From a bacterium (GTDB taxonomy: Bacteria; UBA8248): DNA of 64,000 bases. This document shows positions 28,621 to 48,567 of this stretch, piece after piece. Position numbers and translations under genes: made by a program. Location of the stretch: NCBI GenBank assembly GCA_965213685.1, contig CBDBZY010000018.1:32001-96000 (forward strand). The letters run 5' to 3'. The notes below the pieces were generated by a model that was given only the letters and a program-made list of their open reading frames with translations, did no database searches and was not told the DNA's origin. Position 1 is the first letter of the stretch. The number at the start of each line of letters is the position of its first letter.

Positions 28621-29438
28621 TTTTTATGTAGTAAATGCATATGTACATGTTACATATATTTATTTTTCTAAGCCGTTGAGGCTATTCTCCAAATATTAAA
28701 CTATATTTTTCTAAGCTGTTGAGGTTGTTGTCTATTCTATAGTGTGTGATTCTTCTTTCTTTCTTCTCTGTTCTTTTCTTTCTTTCTTTTAAGTTGTGGT
28801 GCACTATGCACGTGATTGTTCATGTACATACATGTACATAATTGTGGTGGACTGTACTACTCTCTCCTTCCTCACAGATCTGACCGTCCTCTACATCAAC
28901 CTGGTTACAGAGGCTCTCACCCCTGCCCTCTATGCAGCCACTGAGCTCACCTACTCTGCCTCTCTCTCAGCCACTCCTCGAGGCCTCACCCTCTCCATCT
29001 CAGTCTTCAGTGATCAGGACGTGATGGAAAGGTTCCTGAACACTGCCCTCACTCATGAGTCTACATATGATGTTGGCACATGTACATGTACATTACTATG
29101 CTACATGTATACATGTACAGTACCTGACTTGTACAATTGCACGTACATATACATATATGTGTGGAGCCTGTCCGTGGATGTTATTTATGCTACATGACAC
29201 ATGTTCGTACATGTACATGTACTAATTTGCTCTCATTCTTCCATAGAGCTGAGGAACACCTCTAGTATGGCTCATCTCTTTGATCAAGTGAGAGAGGCCC
29301 GTCAGCAGTACCTGATGAACTATGGACTTACCACTCTGCCATACCGATACATCTACCAGTACCTCCAACCGTAAGTACCACACACACATTCCTGTGCACC
29401 TTCCATATACATGCACATGTACATGAACAATCAAGTAT

Positions 29439-30022
29439 ATAGAGCACTACTTAGAAAGAATGAGAAGGGAAAAAAAGAGAAAGAAAGAAAATTACAACAA
29501 CCCCAATGGCTTAGAAAAATATAGTCTTTACAGCCTCAACGACTTAGAAAAATAGAATGTACACAGCGGTTATGGTTTAGGAAAATAGAATCTGTACAGC
29601 CTCCACGGCTTAGGAAAATAGAATCTGTACAGCCTCTACGGTTTAGAAAAATAGAATCTGTACATCCTTTATGGCTTAGAAAATAGAATCTGTACAGCCT
29701 CTAGGGCTTAGAAAAATATAATCTTTTCAACATTGTAGCTTAGAAAATTAGTTCATACAACTAAGAAAGATACACACAAACTAACTACAACAAATTAGCT
29801 TAACAGATGGTCCACATGCCCAACCTTGAGAGCTGGGAATGGGGGTCGAAGATCTTTTACAGTGCACCAACTCTCACCACCCATGTGGACCATCTATCAG
29901 CTACACAAGACATACAGGACAAAGACACACAGCAAACATCCTGACCTTCTCCTACTGACTCTGGTGATTCAAAAATGCATGCACAGTATGTATAGCAGCT
30001 GGAGGTGTTATTCTTAGCACTA
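29439..30022 (-). repeat. Interspersed repeat with tandem ~40-bp subrepeats
   Basis: Inverted copy of 8906-9390 with more subrepeats. Confidence 0.8.
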
Positions 30023-31467
30023 TATAGACAGGCCCGTAGCCAGGGGGGGTTCGGGGGGTTCGATCGAACCCCCTAAATAATACTTACTTGGAGCGCCCAT
30101 GGTGACTTCTCTTACACGATGCATGCGTACGCGCTACGCGTAGAGTAAAGATGGCTAGCGGAGCTATACTCATGGAGACTTCAATTTAGTAGCGTACTTT
30201 TAGAATCAAATAACATTTTTCATTGTACTGGTTTATTGACGCCTACTGTACATGCATGTAAATGTACATACATAATTATAGTCTCTTTCTTCTCACCCTT
30301 AACCACTGCTTGTGTTCTTACCTTCTTCTCTCCCTTCTTTATGTCTCCTCCTGTGCATTCTCTTCCTCTGCTCTCTCCCATCTTCTCCCCCATCTTCTGT
30401 CCCATCTTCTGTCCCATCTATTCCCTCCCTTTTCTTCCTTTGATGTCACCATCTCCTCCTTTTCCTCTCACAGTGTGATAATGGAGAGACCATACTGGAA
30501 ACATGAACAGTTGTTTAATGCGACACTTTCAGTATCATTTGAAGATGTTGTTACACATGTAGAGCAGTTGTTCTCTAATGCCAGTGTCATTTGCTTTGCT
30601 CATGGGAATATTGCTAAAGACCAGGTAACATCAAGAGGCGCGTTTACCCGGCACATTTTGATCCGGATTTGAATCCGGATTCTAATCCGCGGAAACACGA
30701 TAGCGTGTAAACGGGGTGCGGTTTGTAACTCCGATGCGTTCGTCCACGTGCATACCAGGAGTTGCTCCAATTAGTTTTTCTGTCTCTCCTACTGCCGCTG
30801 GACTGGATTTGAGTCTGCTGGGGGTGTACCAGCTTTGCAAATGTTCACGGTGGAGCCTTGAACTGTGAGTGAACCTTAATGTAACGATCTGTTGTACGTT
30901 TCTACTTGTGGCATGAGTCCATCCGCATGTCTGCCGTGTTCGCCTACAAGAGCCTGCTGTTGTTGCCGCGCAAACGCTCATGAGCTATTGGTTTAACCAA
31001 TCGTTTCTCTCGATCCGTTCATGCGCACGATTTTAAATTGAAAGTGCTTGGCAACGGCGATAGTACCGTAGATCGGGAAATTTTCGTCGTTAAAAATATT
31101 TCGTCGGTGCCTCTAACGTCGAAATTTTAACACGCGAAATATTTTCCACGTCTAAAAATAAGAACACGCGAAATATTTTCCATGTCGAATAATAAGATCG
31201 CGAAGCACTTCAGCGAGTAGCCTCGTACCCAGGCTTTCAACGCGGGGGCCTGGGTACGAGGCTATTCAGAGTACACGTGTGAAGCAAATGGCTTTGTTGA
31301 GCCAATCGGTTCTCTACCTGATCCTAGAGGAGACTCGATCCATGTACGTAAGTGTACAGATACCGTAAACGCCGTTAAAATTTTGTCAGAACAACTCCCA
31401 ACTCTACACCAAGGGTGAGAGGGGTGATCTCTTTGAGGATAGGACGGCAATTATAAATGCCACCAGA

Positions 31468-31596
31468 GTACCTGTTGTGGTTCTGGGAGATCCAGCATAC
31501 CCCCTACGGCTGTGGTTGATGAAACCATTAATTAACACTGGGTCTCTTTCTACTGAACAACGACGGTTCAACTATCGTTTAAGTAGGGCCAGGGTT
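31468..31596 (+). pseudogene. Harbinger (HARBI1-like) DDE transposase fragment
   Basis: VLGDPAYPLRLWLMKP...EQRRFNYRLSRARV. Confidence 0.9.
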
Positions 31597-31896
31597 CCCA
31601 GAAACTGTCAAAAATGGTGCAATCACATTTACATGCATTTCTCTGCTCTCTCCCTCTGCTCTCTCTTTTTTTTACTATGAGACGGTGTAGCCTTACTCTT
31701 CAATTTTTTTGGAGAGGGCATATCAGCATCATGTTGTGATTCTTCATATGGAAGCAAAACAAATAAAAGTACATATTACTAACCGTGAACATGTTTCTCC
31801 TTACTCTCAGGCTGTGATGCTTCATCTGAAAGTCCGGAACCAACAGTGGAGGAGAAAGAGGCTGAGTAATACCCTTAAAAATTACCAAGATGAACC

Positions 31897-32250
31897 TACC
31901 ATTTCTTCTGTCATCATCTCCCTCCTCCGTTGGTTCAACAGAGATTCCTCCAGGACTCACATCCAGGACAAGAGGGGGAGCAGAAGCTGGTCGATGCCCC
32001 AAAACAGCATCAAGTTGATCATAAAATGGACATGTGATTTTGTTTCCTTCAAGTTCTTCACTTTTGTTTTGCATTGATCTGTATCTCTGTGATATCCTTC
32101 GTTATGCAATCTCTGTACTACTTTTTCAAAGACTTCTTTTGTCCTTGTCCGTCCTCCCAGTTCGGCCTGTACTTTTTCGTCACCCCACACTGCTATTAAC
32201 GTCCTTGTTTCGTTTTCGCCCCACGAAGCTCCGCGACTAGGACCTGCCAT
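31897..32250 (-). pseudogene. Harbinger-associated Myb/SANT (trihelix) protein, frameshifted
   Basis: WGENETRTLIAVW...QCKTKVKNLK, then CPFYDQLDAVLGHRPAS in another frame. Confidence 0.85.
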
Positions 32251-35200
32251 AGCTTGCCTGCTGCTTTGCGAATCGTATATCCCGCGCAAGAGGCTTGTAC
32301 ATACCCGCGCGCCCGAGTACAGGTGACGCTAGCTAGCTAGCGCCATGGAACAAGCGCGCCGATTGGGCGGCCCGTTTGAGAGCAGAGCTAGTTGACGTAG
32401 CTAGCGCCATGGTTCGACCTTGGATATATCGGATACCGCTCGAGCCAGTTGTAAGCCCAGGTGGAAAGCTCAACCTTGGTATATAACCGGCCCCGAGATG
32501 ACTCTGAACTACGTGGGTCAGTTTGCTGCGGCTACGACCGCGTTGTTAGCTTACGCTATCCTAAACTTAGCTGAAACTTTAAAAATAGCCTCAGGGGCTC
32601 TACAACTTGAGCTTAATCCCACTTTAAACCCACCTTCGCGAGTGGGATTAGTTAATCCGGATCCTAATCCGGATTTGACCGTTTACACATAACCCGGATT
32701 AGCTGCCGTGTAAACGCGCCTAACTACTAGTACTCTACATATACATGTAGTAAGGATTTGATACACATATTTAACGTTCTTTTTTCTTGTTTGTACTCTC
32801 TTTCCATTTCCCCCCCCCCCCCCCTCCCCCCTTTCATTTGCCCTCTCCCTTTCCTTCCCTCCTTTCCTTCTCTCTTCAGGCTAAGCACTACACTCAGCTG
32901 GTGGTTCAAAACCTTGCCCTACCCTCCCTCCCTCATGCTCCACCCCACGGTGCATACCTGAGAGATCAAGTACAATTGCCTGCAGTGGGAAACTACAGTG
33001 TAACACTGCCAACACTCAATCCCAATGACCATAACTCAGCTGTCAATGTTATATATACACCAGGTATGGTGTTTGTACGTCTACACAATTATGTACTGAG
33101 AGTGGGTGTACTGTAAATTGAAACAAAATGTTTGTGTTGGTTAAACTCTTTCATGGGAGTGGGTGGCTACATAAATCTTTAACCCCTACTGTTTATTTCA
33201 TGTGGTCATAGTCATGACAATAAGTATTAGTCTTGTTGGCTTAAGTGGTAACATGTAAAGAATGTTATGGGATAACCTCTTCAGGTCTAGTATATACATC
33301 ATGCATTCTCTGGCTCGAAATGCTAGCAAATCAACACCATAGCTGTTGCTTTGCTTTCATTTTTTAGTAGCTTGTACTTGTGCAGCATACCTTGAAGCTA
33401 CTTTGAAGTGTTCATATTAGAAAAATATTGAGTGCATTATTAAATTTTTCAGAGCTGTTGTAGCCTATCAAATTATTTTGCACCAAAATTTCTTGTTTGA
33501 TGGTAGGATATGTAGTGTATGTACATATACTTAAAAATGCAGTAATAGTGTTGTGCATGTATTACACTAGAGCTTGTTGTTTGGTAATGGATTTTTAGAG
33601 GGTATACTAGACCACAAAATAGAATGTACTGGTGCTCTACACTACGTACTACTGCATGCATGTACATATACTTGTATGCAAACATACATTTTCATATACA
33701 TGTACACGTACGTGTACTTGTATATGTAATGGACTGTCTTATTATCTCCATGTTCAGGTTGCCCCAACCTGCTCTGGGAACACAAAGTGTTCTCCTGACT
33801 CGCTAATGGCGGCTGCTCATCTCGGACTTCTGGACCAGATCATAGCTGTGAGTCTCCATGCACTCACATGTACATGGAGTAGCACATTTTCCACCACAGT
33901 TTACCTGTACTTGTACACATGAGTTTTCCTACCATTCCAGGACTTTTGCTTCTACAAACTTCACACTGTGGAGCAGTTGGGCTATGTAGCATTCTGTTTC
34001 CAGACCAGCAGTGAGGGCGTGGGCTCATTCCAGGTGGTGGTGCAGAGTGAGGAGTACAGTGCTCCATATGTGCTGGGGGAGATTGACAAATTCCTCGTTG
34101 CTTTTGGCGATAACTTTGCCAACATGACCACATCAGAGTGGAACACTCAGAAGGAGCTGTATGAGACAACCCTGAAGCAGAAGGAACAGACTCTGACTGA
34201 TGAAAGTGATGTGCTGTGGGTGGAGATCATCACTGGCAGGGAACAGTTTGACTACCAGCAGCAGTTGGTAGAAATATTACCAAACATCACACTAGAGAGC
34301 ATGCAGCAATTCTACAGTACTCACATTACCAACTCATCTGAGTATAGGAAGATGGTCATTGGGGTGCATGGCAAGGGCAGTAGTGCAAACTTCACAGATG
34401 CCAACTTTATGTATTGTCTTAGCTACAGTAGACTCAACCAGACTGCCCTGGAGTATCCCAGTGGAGATGTCAACTGTGCCTGAGGCTCAGTTACCTTTTG
34501 TTTTCATGACCCTGTCTGTGAAAGAGTTTCTTTTGTCATACATGTCATTCTTCCATTCTTTCTTTCCCCTCCCAGAGTTGTGTACTTTTACATCATACAT
34601 TAGACTCTACTGACCTCTACATTTTCATTCTCTCTATTATCTCTTCCATTATTATTATTATTATACGTATTTTCAATTCTGTGCCCCTAAACTGAATGGC
34701 TGTCTCTAAATGTACAACTTAGCCAAATATCCATTGTGATCCACATGTTATTAGTAGTAATAACGAATGTGATGAATTGTGCAATTAATTAAGTAGTTCT
34801 GTATGAGGCCGTAGTATAAAGTGTTATTCCTATGTTCTCAGTGCCCTTTACTAACAGAAAGCCTGTAAGCTTACAAATGAATGACAATTGGGTTGTTGTG
34901 GCACCATTGTTGGACATTAAAATTTAATGTGCATTACTGTGGTATATTAATATTCTATGCTTTCATAGCATCCATGCATGGCATGAGAAAGTTTTACGTA
35001 GTCATGTGTGGACTTTATTCAGCAAAAGGACAATATTCGTTACACAGCAAAGTACATGACCCAATAACTAGGCCTTTGTGGATTATGTTGGGAAAAATAG
35101 GTACTTCTGAGCAAAAAGAATTATGCAGGAAAAATATAGGTTTACGTTTTCTGATAATGCAGGAAAACTTTAATAGGTACAGGTCTACAGCAACTGGTCT

Positions 35201-35546
35201 AAAGCATGTAAGTTGGATATAGAGCAGCCTCCCTCAGCCGCAGCTGAGCTTGTCCTTTCGATTTTATTATTTGCCTTCTCTACAGCATAGGAATCATCAT
35301 TGGAAGACTACACGTGTATACAACTATCAGTCATGTTGCAGAACAACTATATTATAGCTTTGTGCGTTTGGCAAAGTGTTATTTAATATTATGGTAACTC
35401 ACAAGAAAAATTGGCAATACAAAAAGAAAAATAGGCCACTTGAAAGAAAAGAAAAAAAGGAAAAAAATAGGCTAAACGTTGAGCATAATCCACAAAGGCC
35501 TACCAATAACACTCAGACACGCATAGGGGATTGCATTCCACTGTGC

Positions 35547-38500
35547 CTATTTCATAACAATGAGGTTCTTCATAATGTCAAAGCTGTTGCCATCTGGCTG
35601 CAGAGTCAGCTGTTCCCCGCTCTGTGTCTGAACCAACAGGTAGCCATACTCATTGATGCCAAGAATGGTCACCTGCTCATTGCCTCTGCTGACCAGTCCC
35701 ACAGTTGCATTACTGCAATAGCACGAGAGAATAATTCGCAGTATAGGAAATCTATCCAGTACTGTGGCTTATATTGACACATCTAGGAGAGCACTTGAAC
35801 TTACACTGTCACATGCAAATATCTGATGAATTACATTGCATGCAAGGTAATCCATGGCCAGCAATGGAAAATCAGTCAAAAACTAAAGTATACAACAGTC
35901 AGACATCTCCCTCCACTCCTCCCACTGTCCATTCTGTGGTGCCCTTTGTCACCTGTGCAGCCAGTAATGGTAGTATTCTTCCTGTAATACCTGCATTCCA
36001 GAGCCCTCGTACACACCAAGGTACATCTCCAACCTGTTTAGTGTGTATGCCAACATCTGCTCTACTGTCAGTGTGCGGAGAGAGCTACCAGATTCACTGT
36101 TATGCAGAGCTATGCAGTCATTGATGGACATTGTGGGATGTTTGTTGTTGAGATTCACACCACATCCTGCAGTATAGAATGAAGACAATCCATGGCAAAG
36201 TCCATAGGAAATCTCTCAGCTGTTTAAGGTTTAGAGCACAGACTGCATGTGCAGTACTTGGAGACAGTATACTCACCAATAACAGCAGTGAGGGCAACAG
36301 AGCCACTGGTTGAGAAACAGGAAATTAAAGTGCCTCCCAATTTCACTTTGTTTTGACAGTAGATATCATTGGGCCACTTTATAGACACTGCAACTGCCTG
36401 GAATTAATACAAATGCATCAGGACAGAGTAAGAGACCTTGAAAAGGGTGAACGATCACCACATACATATAGGATACACACACACCACGAAATGAAGCAGC
36501 CAAACGCTATACACACAAGAGATGTTACTGAGTTGAAAACAATCATGACCTAGTCACAAGTGGTGAAAGTATTACACTGAAGCTTTGATGAGTGCACTTG
36601 CTATTCCTGTATATATTCTGGTACATTACCAATTCCACAAACATATGCAATAGATGAACACACAAGTATACTATAATATGGAATACTCAGAAAATGGTGT
36701 CGCCTACCACTCTTTGGCTATTTTGCCTACTGGCACACACAGTGCTGAGGAGTAATATACTGGTTAGGGCATTAGGATTCCATCGGAGTTACTGTTACAT
36801 ATAACTTAAGTGCCTTCTGTCTGGTCACTGAAGCAACAGGTGGCCTACCCTACAGACCACTTACAGTACTTAACAAGCACCTCATATCCTGGTATTGTCC
36901 GCACAGCAGAGACCACCGATAGAGCTACAATGTGCTGCAGTAGAGACATCTTCTTGAATAGTCTCGACCACGGCTAGACAGTGAGCACTGTGGAGAACAT
37001 CATGGAGCCCTTTGGAGACAGCCATACATTGCCTCTCCGTCCTGCAGGGAACATGTATAAACCATCCTTGAATCACATGCAGTGCACGAGATGTGGGGCT
37101 TACAATGGGGAAATAGCAAAGCATATACTAACACATGACATTATGTAACAGGAGAGATATGGGGAGGGATAGGTGTACAAGCATTAAAGATTGGAAGAGA
37201 CAAGCTAGAGAATAGACATGAGTTATATCAAGTCTGACCTTTGCCCTTTGTCTGCTGACCAGTGGCACACACCACTCCCATATCTGTCTTCAGAGCTGTG
37301 CAGAATGGCATGTTACCAGTGAGCATGGTCTGAGTGGAGCTAATTATGGGAATGTAAATGAGGTTCCGCCCCAAGAGGCCGTCTGGAGACACTTCATATA
37401 CTGTGATGCATCAAACCCTATGGACTGTAGCTGGGGATGTGATGGGTTTGTGAGCAGAACAATCTTATCGGCTGCTGGCTCTGGCAGGGAGTCCACTGGA
37501 GTACCCTCCCTGGCTATGTCAGTCATTACCAATTCAATGTCCACCTCACTGCCCTTCACTGCACTATCGTCTGTCTTCACTGAGCTCAGAGCAGACTCAA
37601 GTTTCAACCTCAGCTGTGAGCCAGGGAAAAAGCTATAACAATAATTATACACATCTTCAACTTTCAATAAGAAACTCAATATTGATCACAACAGCAAATC
37701 CTAATGCAAACTATGATGCACAAACATGTACCTTGTCACTGCACATGACGTAGGAGGGTGTGGAGTTACTGCTCTCATGGTCAGAACAGCTCAATCCAAC
37801 CCCCTTCAAAGTGGTGGACAATAGGTTGGAAACCTTTTCTGCATCTTTCTTGAGGAGTATAATTTTGGAGACACTTATGTCCTTGCTAGCTACTGACAAC
37901 ATGTCAATGTGCGAGAGGACAGCCTGCCCACCATTACCCTCATAGCTCACCAGCAAGACACAAGGCAACATTGCCCTATCCCCCTCCCCCTCCCCCTCCC
38001 CCTCCCCCTCCCCCTCCTCCTCTTCCATCTCCTTGCCCCCTGCCTGCTCCTCCTCATTTCCTGATTGATCAGATGCTTTGGGTTCATAGCCTCCCATTGT
38101 TGCTAGGACAGTCACCAAGCTTCTTGGGAGAGAGAGGTAGACTCTGGGCAAATCTGACCTTGACCTCTGACCCCCCAGCACTGTTCTTGCCACACACATA
38201 GTTCCTGCCTCAACCGCTTCTCTTTCGGGTGAGCCATTCAAAGCCTTGACCTCTACAATTGTGTGCTGCCGGAGAGTCTGGGGAAAGCTGCATCCCATAG
38301 CGGTATTAACGACAGGGTGCATGCTCAGCAGCGTACCGCCCTCCTGTAGATAGAACTTGACCTCCCTCAGCACGGCAGGGTCGCATACGTCTGGCTCGGT
38401 CCCTGTGGGTACCACAAGGAGGGAGCAGTTCTCTTTCCATGGCGCCTTGAACAGGTCCCTGGCTCCCAGAGGATACACCACGTACCTCTCCTTGTCTAAA

Positions 38501-38604
38501 CAGGCCGTGAGGGCTTCTTTAGTTGAGGCGAACAACGAGTCGTTCTCTAGCACTTCCGTCTGGCGAGTGAGCACAAGAATGTTGGGCGGTTTAGCCATGG
38601 CCAT
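35547..38604 (-). pseudogene. HLCS: Holocarboxylase synthetase (biotin-protein ligase), disrupted as assembled
   Basis: Exons 38604-37732 (KPPNILV), 37613-37239 (QTKGK), 37041-36881 (GRRGNVWLSP), 36397-36277 (IKWPNDIY, KLGG), 36166-35953 (GCGVN, YYHYWLH) and 35712-35547 (PDGNSFDIMKNLI). There is a 1-nt frameshift at ~37372 and an in-frame TAG at 36974-36976. Confidence 0.92.
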
Positions 38605-39066
38605 GGGTGCTGTGGAATACTTGGCTACTTTGGCGGCTGCTGTAATCGCACGACAAAGGTGCGGGAGTAGCGACGACCGAACGTCCTCACCCACTTCCAC
38701 ATGTCCTATCGGCCTAGCGGAGCACGCGGACAGTGCGGAACGCGGAAACTTATGTGGAGGAGGACTACAGTGTTCAACATGTCAAACCTGTGGGTTTCTC
38801 TTTCTGTTTGCACGTGCGTCAGCCGGCACCTCGTTCCTAATATTACATGCGCCATACAGCAAAGCTTCTATACTACAAGTACTACCTTTATCCGTAACAC
38901 TAGCCAGCTCCCTAGACAAGCCATGTCAAACGATTAGACCTAGCCTTAGGCCCTTCACGCGACCAAGCAAATTAATCCCCAATCCAGCCGTGCCGGGAGC
39001 CTGCCATGCTCTACAAAATCAGTGAAGAAATGTGAAACTGGTCATCTACATCACAACCTACAAGCT

Positions 39067-39544
39067 TAGGGCCGTAGGAGCAGGTCCGGCAGGTGCGGCG
39101 GCCGCCGGACCAAAGTTTGCCCCAAAAAATGGCGGCCTGCGTATGGCGCAAAGCGCATGACGCAATCATGGAGCGCAATGAGTTTCAGCTGTCCATGTTG
39201 TAACTTCTAAGTTCAGCTTTTACACATCTCTGTATGGTTCTCTTTTTGCTGTACATTCTTAGTTGAGTACTAAAGCTACATTCTCGCAATTACAAACCCG
39301 AGGGCGTAGCGGAGCCACGCCATTCTGCGAGTATAAAGGCGTCAAGCACGAATAGCAGCAGATTGTCTAAACCTTGCTATTTCACCCCAAAAATTGCACC
39401 AGCAACGATCTCAGGTGGTCTAAAATGCCAAACCTTTCCTGGGGAGGCATGCCCCCAGACCCCCCTAGCGAGCGCGCTTCGCACGCTTTATTACTCAGCA
39501 TTACTACCCGCCTGACCAATTGAAATTTGCTTCCTACGGGCCTG
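39067..39544. mobile_element. MITE (hAT-like termini)
   Basis: Imperfect TIRs TAGGGCCGTAGGAGCA / TGCTTCCTACGGGCCTG; no full 8-bp TSD. Confidence 0.55.
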
Positions 39545-40344
39545 AAGCTGAAAGTATTATGTTGACACAGTGAGACACTGTATGTTGAACACAGTACACT
39601 GCCCGTTTGGAGTGTTCACAGAATGATGCATATGCTGAACGTTAAAGTGTGAATCCCATTTGCTTATAGTCATAGTTGGTTCACATGCACATGTACTACT
39701 AGTAACCTAGGTAGCTACCAATCATAGTTACCCGATAGGCAGCCCAGGCACCACCATTGATCCACCACTGGGCTGTAAGGGTATAGAGTTGTCTCCTTCA
39801 AATCTGGTATGCATCGGATCTCTCCTGTGCAGCCAATCTTGGCATTTATGACGCTCCATGTTCCCTCGGAGGTCTGACTTTAGCTACTTGCAACCATGAT
39901 GTGATAAACAGGAACACGACCTCCCAGCAATAAACCATTGACCGCATGTGGAGAATCCTCTTTTAAGTGCTTAAATGAATCGTTCAGCAGTGCACTGTAA
40001 GCTCCAGGTAAGGGTGTTATATATGGTTGACACTATAGCCTGTCATTCTGAGACAGTTCAATCATCAAACCTTTTATATAGTCATCTTCAGCATGTGTCA
40101 TATAAGCAGTATCCATGCAAAAAAAGAAGTCTTAAGTCCTTTTGTATATGAACAAAGCACAAGAAAGTCTGCATGTGAAAGCCAGTCACCACACAATCAT
40201 TTCCAGGTAATCTAACAGCAGGTAATCTATGGTTATTCAAGTACATCATAGTGAGGTATGAATGTTAAAGTGTACATTGCAGTTTGTTTTCTCTCCTCCA
40301 TATTTACTATGTAGCTAACAAAAAGACACCCACACCCACACCCC

Positions 40345-40375
<31 letters not shown>

Positions 40376-40467
40376 ACACACACCACCTGCATGATGACGT
40401 GCACACAACAGGCATGGGTAGCCTGTTCACATGTCATGTATGCATGAGCTTCACGTACACTGCTATT

Positions 40468-40705
40468 AATATTTCACTCAGTGTGGCTCCTCCCCTGATG
40501 GAGAGGAGTTACCAGTCGATCCCTTGTGGGATTCTGACGGCACATATGGAGTGATATTGAGAATTGTGAAGGCTGGCTGTCACTCGGTGGCCATAGCTTA
40601 GGTGGTAGAGCACTGACAGCTAAAGACAGAGGCCCCCAGTTCAATCCCGGGTGGCTGCCGGTTTTTCGCGGTTCTCTAAAATATTCCCAAGCCTTTCCTC
40701 ATGTA
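40468..40705 (+). mobile_element. tRNA-core repeat family S1 (full-length)
   Basis: A ~115-nt leader, a tRNA-like core and a ~50-nt tail ending in CATGTACATGT. Confidence 0.8.
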
Positions 40706-41129
40706 CATGTACTTAGGCAACACTCCCCTTCATGTCTTCAGTAAATTGGAATAAAGGTTTGACACTAAAACTGTAACAGAAAAAGAGCATGGTAACAATG
40801 AAAATACATTACTGAATAATTGCAGTGATATGAATAATTATACAAGGTTGGGTTATATCAAGAAGCTATTGAACATAGTGGAATCTACATTCACAACCCT
40901 ATACATCACAAGTAATTACACTACCATTTTAACAGTTCCTTTGATGATCAACCTTTGCTTTTTCTTGACCCAAAATTTCCTTTCATCCCACTAGCCCCTT
41001 CTCCAACCCACTGCCCCCCTACTCCAGTGTTCTTAAAGTTTTCCATTGTAGTGATCCTTATTGCTCTCCTTCTCACACCTTCCTCCCTGTTTCTGCTGTC
41101 ACTTCTTCCACCTTTTCTCTGTCTTCCTT

Positions 41130-41243
41130 TTCCTCCTCCTCCTCCTCCACCTCCTCTTCCTCCTCCTCCTCCTCCTCCTCCTCCTCCTCCTCCTCCTCCT
41201 CCTCCTCCTCCTCCTCCTCCTCCTCCTCCTTCTCCTCCTCCTC
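41130..41243. repeat. (CCT)n trinucleotide repeat
   Basis: Direct observation. Confidence 0.95.
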
Positions 41244-41335
41244 TTCCTTCCTTCCTTCCTTTTCACTTCGTCCCCCTCATCTTCTTCCACCTCCCAATCT
41301 CTCCCACCTGTTCCCCCTCCCCCTCCCCTTTCCCT

Positions 41336-48567
<7,232 letters not shown>

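Larger units (their letters stand above)
30636..32721. mobile_element. Internally deleted PIF/Harbinger transposon in intron 4 of the M16 gene
   Basis: TIRs AGGCGCGTTTAC(C/A)CGGCA; subterminal AATCCGGATT palindromes at both ends; transposase and Myb/SANT remnants inside. The TSD is not cleanly preserved. Confidence 0.9.
27450..34483 (+). pseudogene. Insulysin/nardilysin-like M16A peptidase, C-terminal half, probably a pseudogene
   Basis: Exons 27450-27572 (LWWLQDTRFKIPRV), 28878-29054, 29247-29370, 30474-30624 (FAHGNI), 32880-33063 (NPNDHNSAV), 33758-33847 and 33941-34483 (FYKLHTVEQLGY). The donor at 29055 is ATGAGT, exons 5 and 6 are out of phase, and no HxxEH exon is seen. Confidence 0.85.

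Noticed and set aside
29055-29246. U12-type AT-AC intron
   Set aside because: The donor ATGAGT lacks the ATATCC consensus and the intron ends in AG; it looks like a mutated GTGAGT.
29480-29745. CRISPR-like array of ~40-bp units
   Set aside because: These are tandem subrepeats without unique spacers, in a eukaryotic interspersed repeat, with no cas genes.
36974-36976. Programmed stop-codon readthrough or recoding in HLCS
   Set aside because: It co-occurs with an independent frameshift, and neighbouring genes are decayed; pseudogenisation or error is simpler.
38357-39025. 222-aa plus-strand ORF
   Set aside because: It is an antisense shadow of HLCS exon 1 and its GC-rich promoter, with no recognisable domain.
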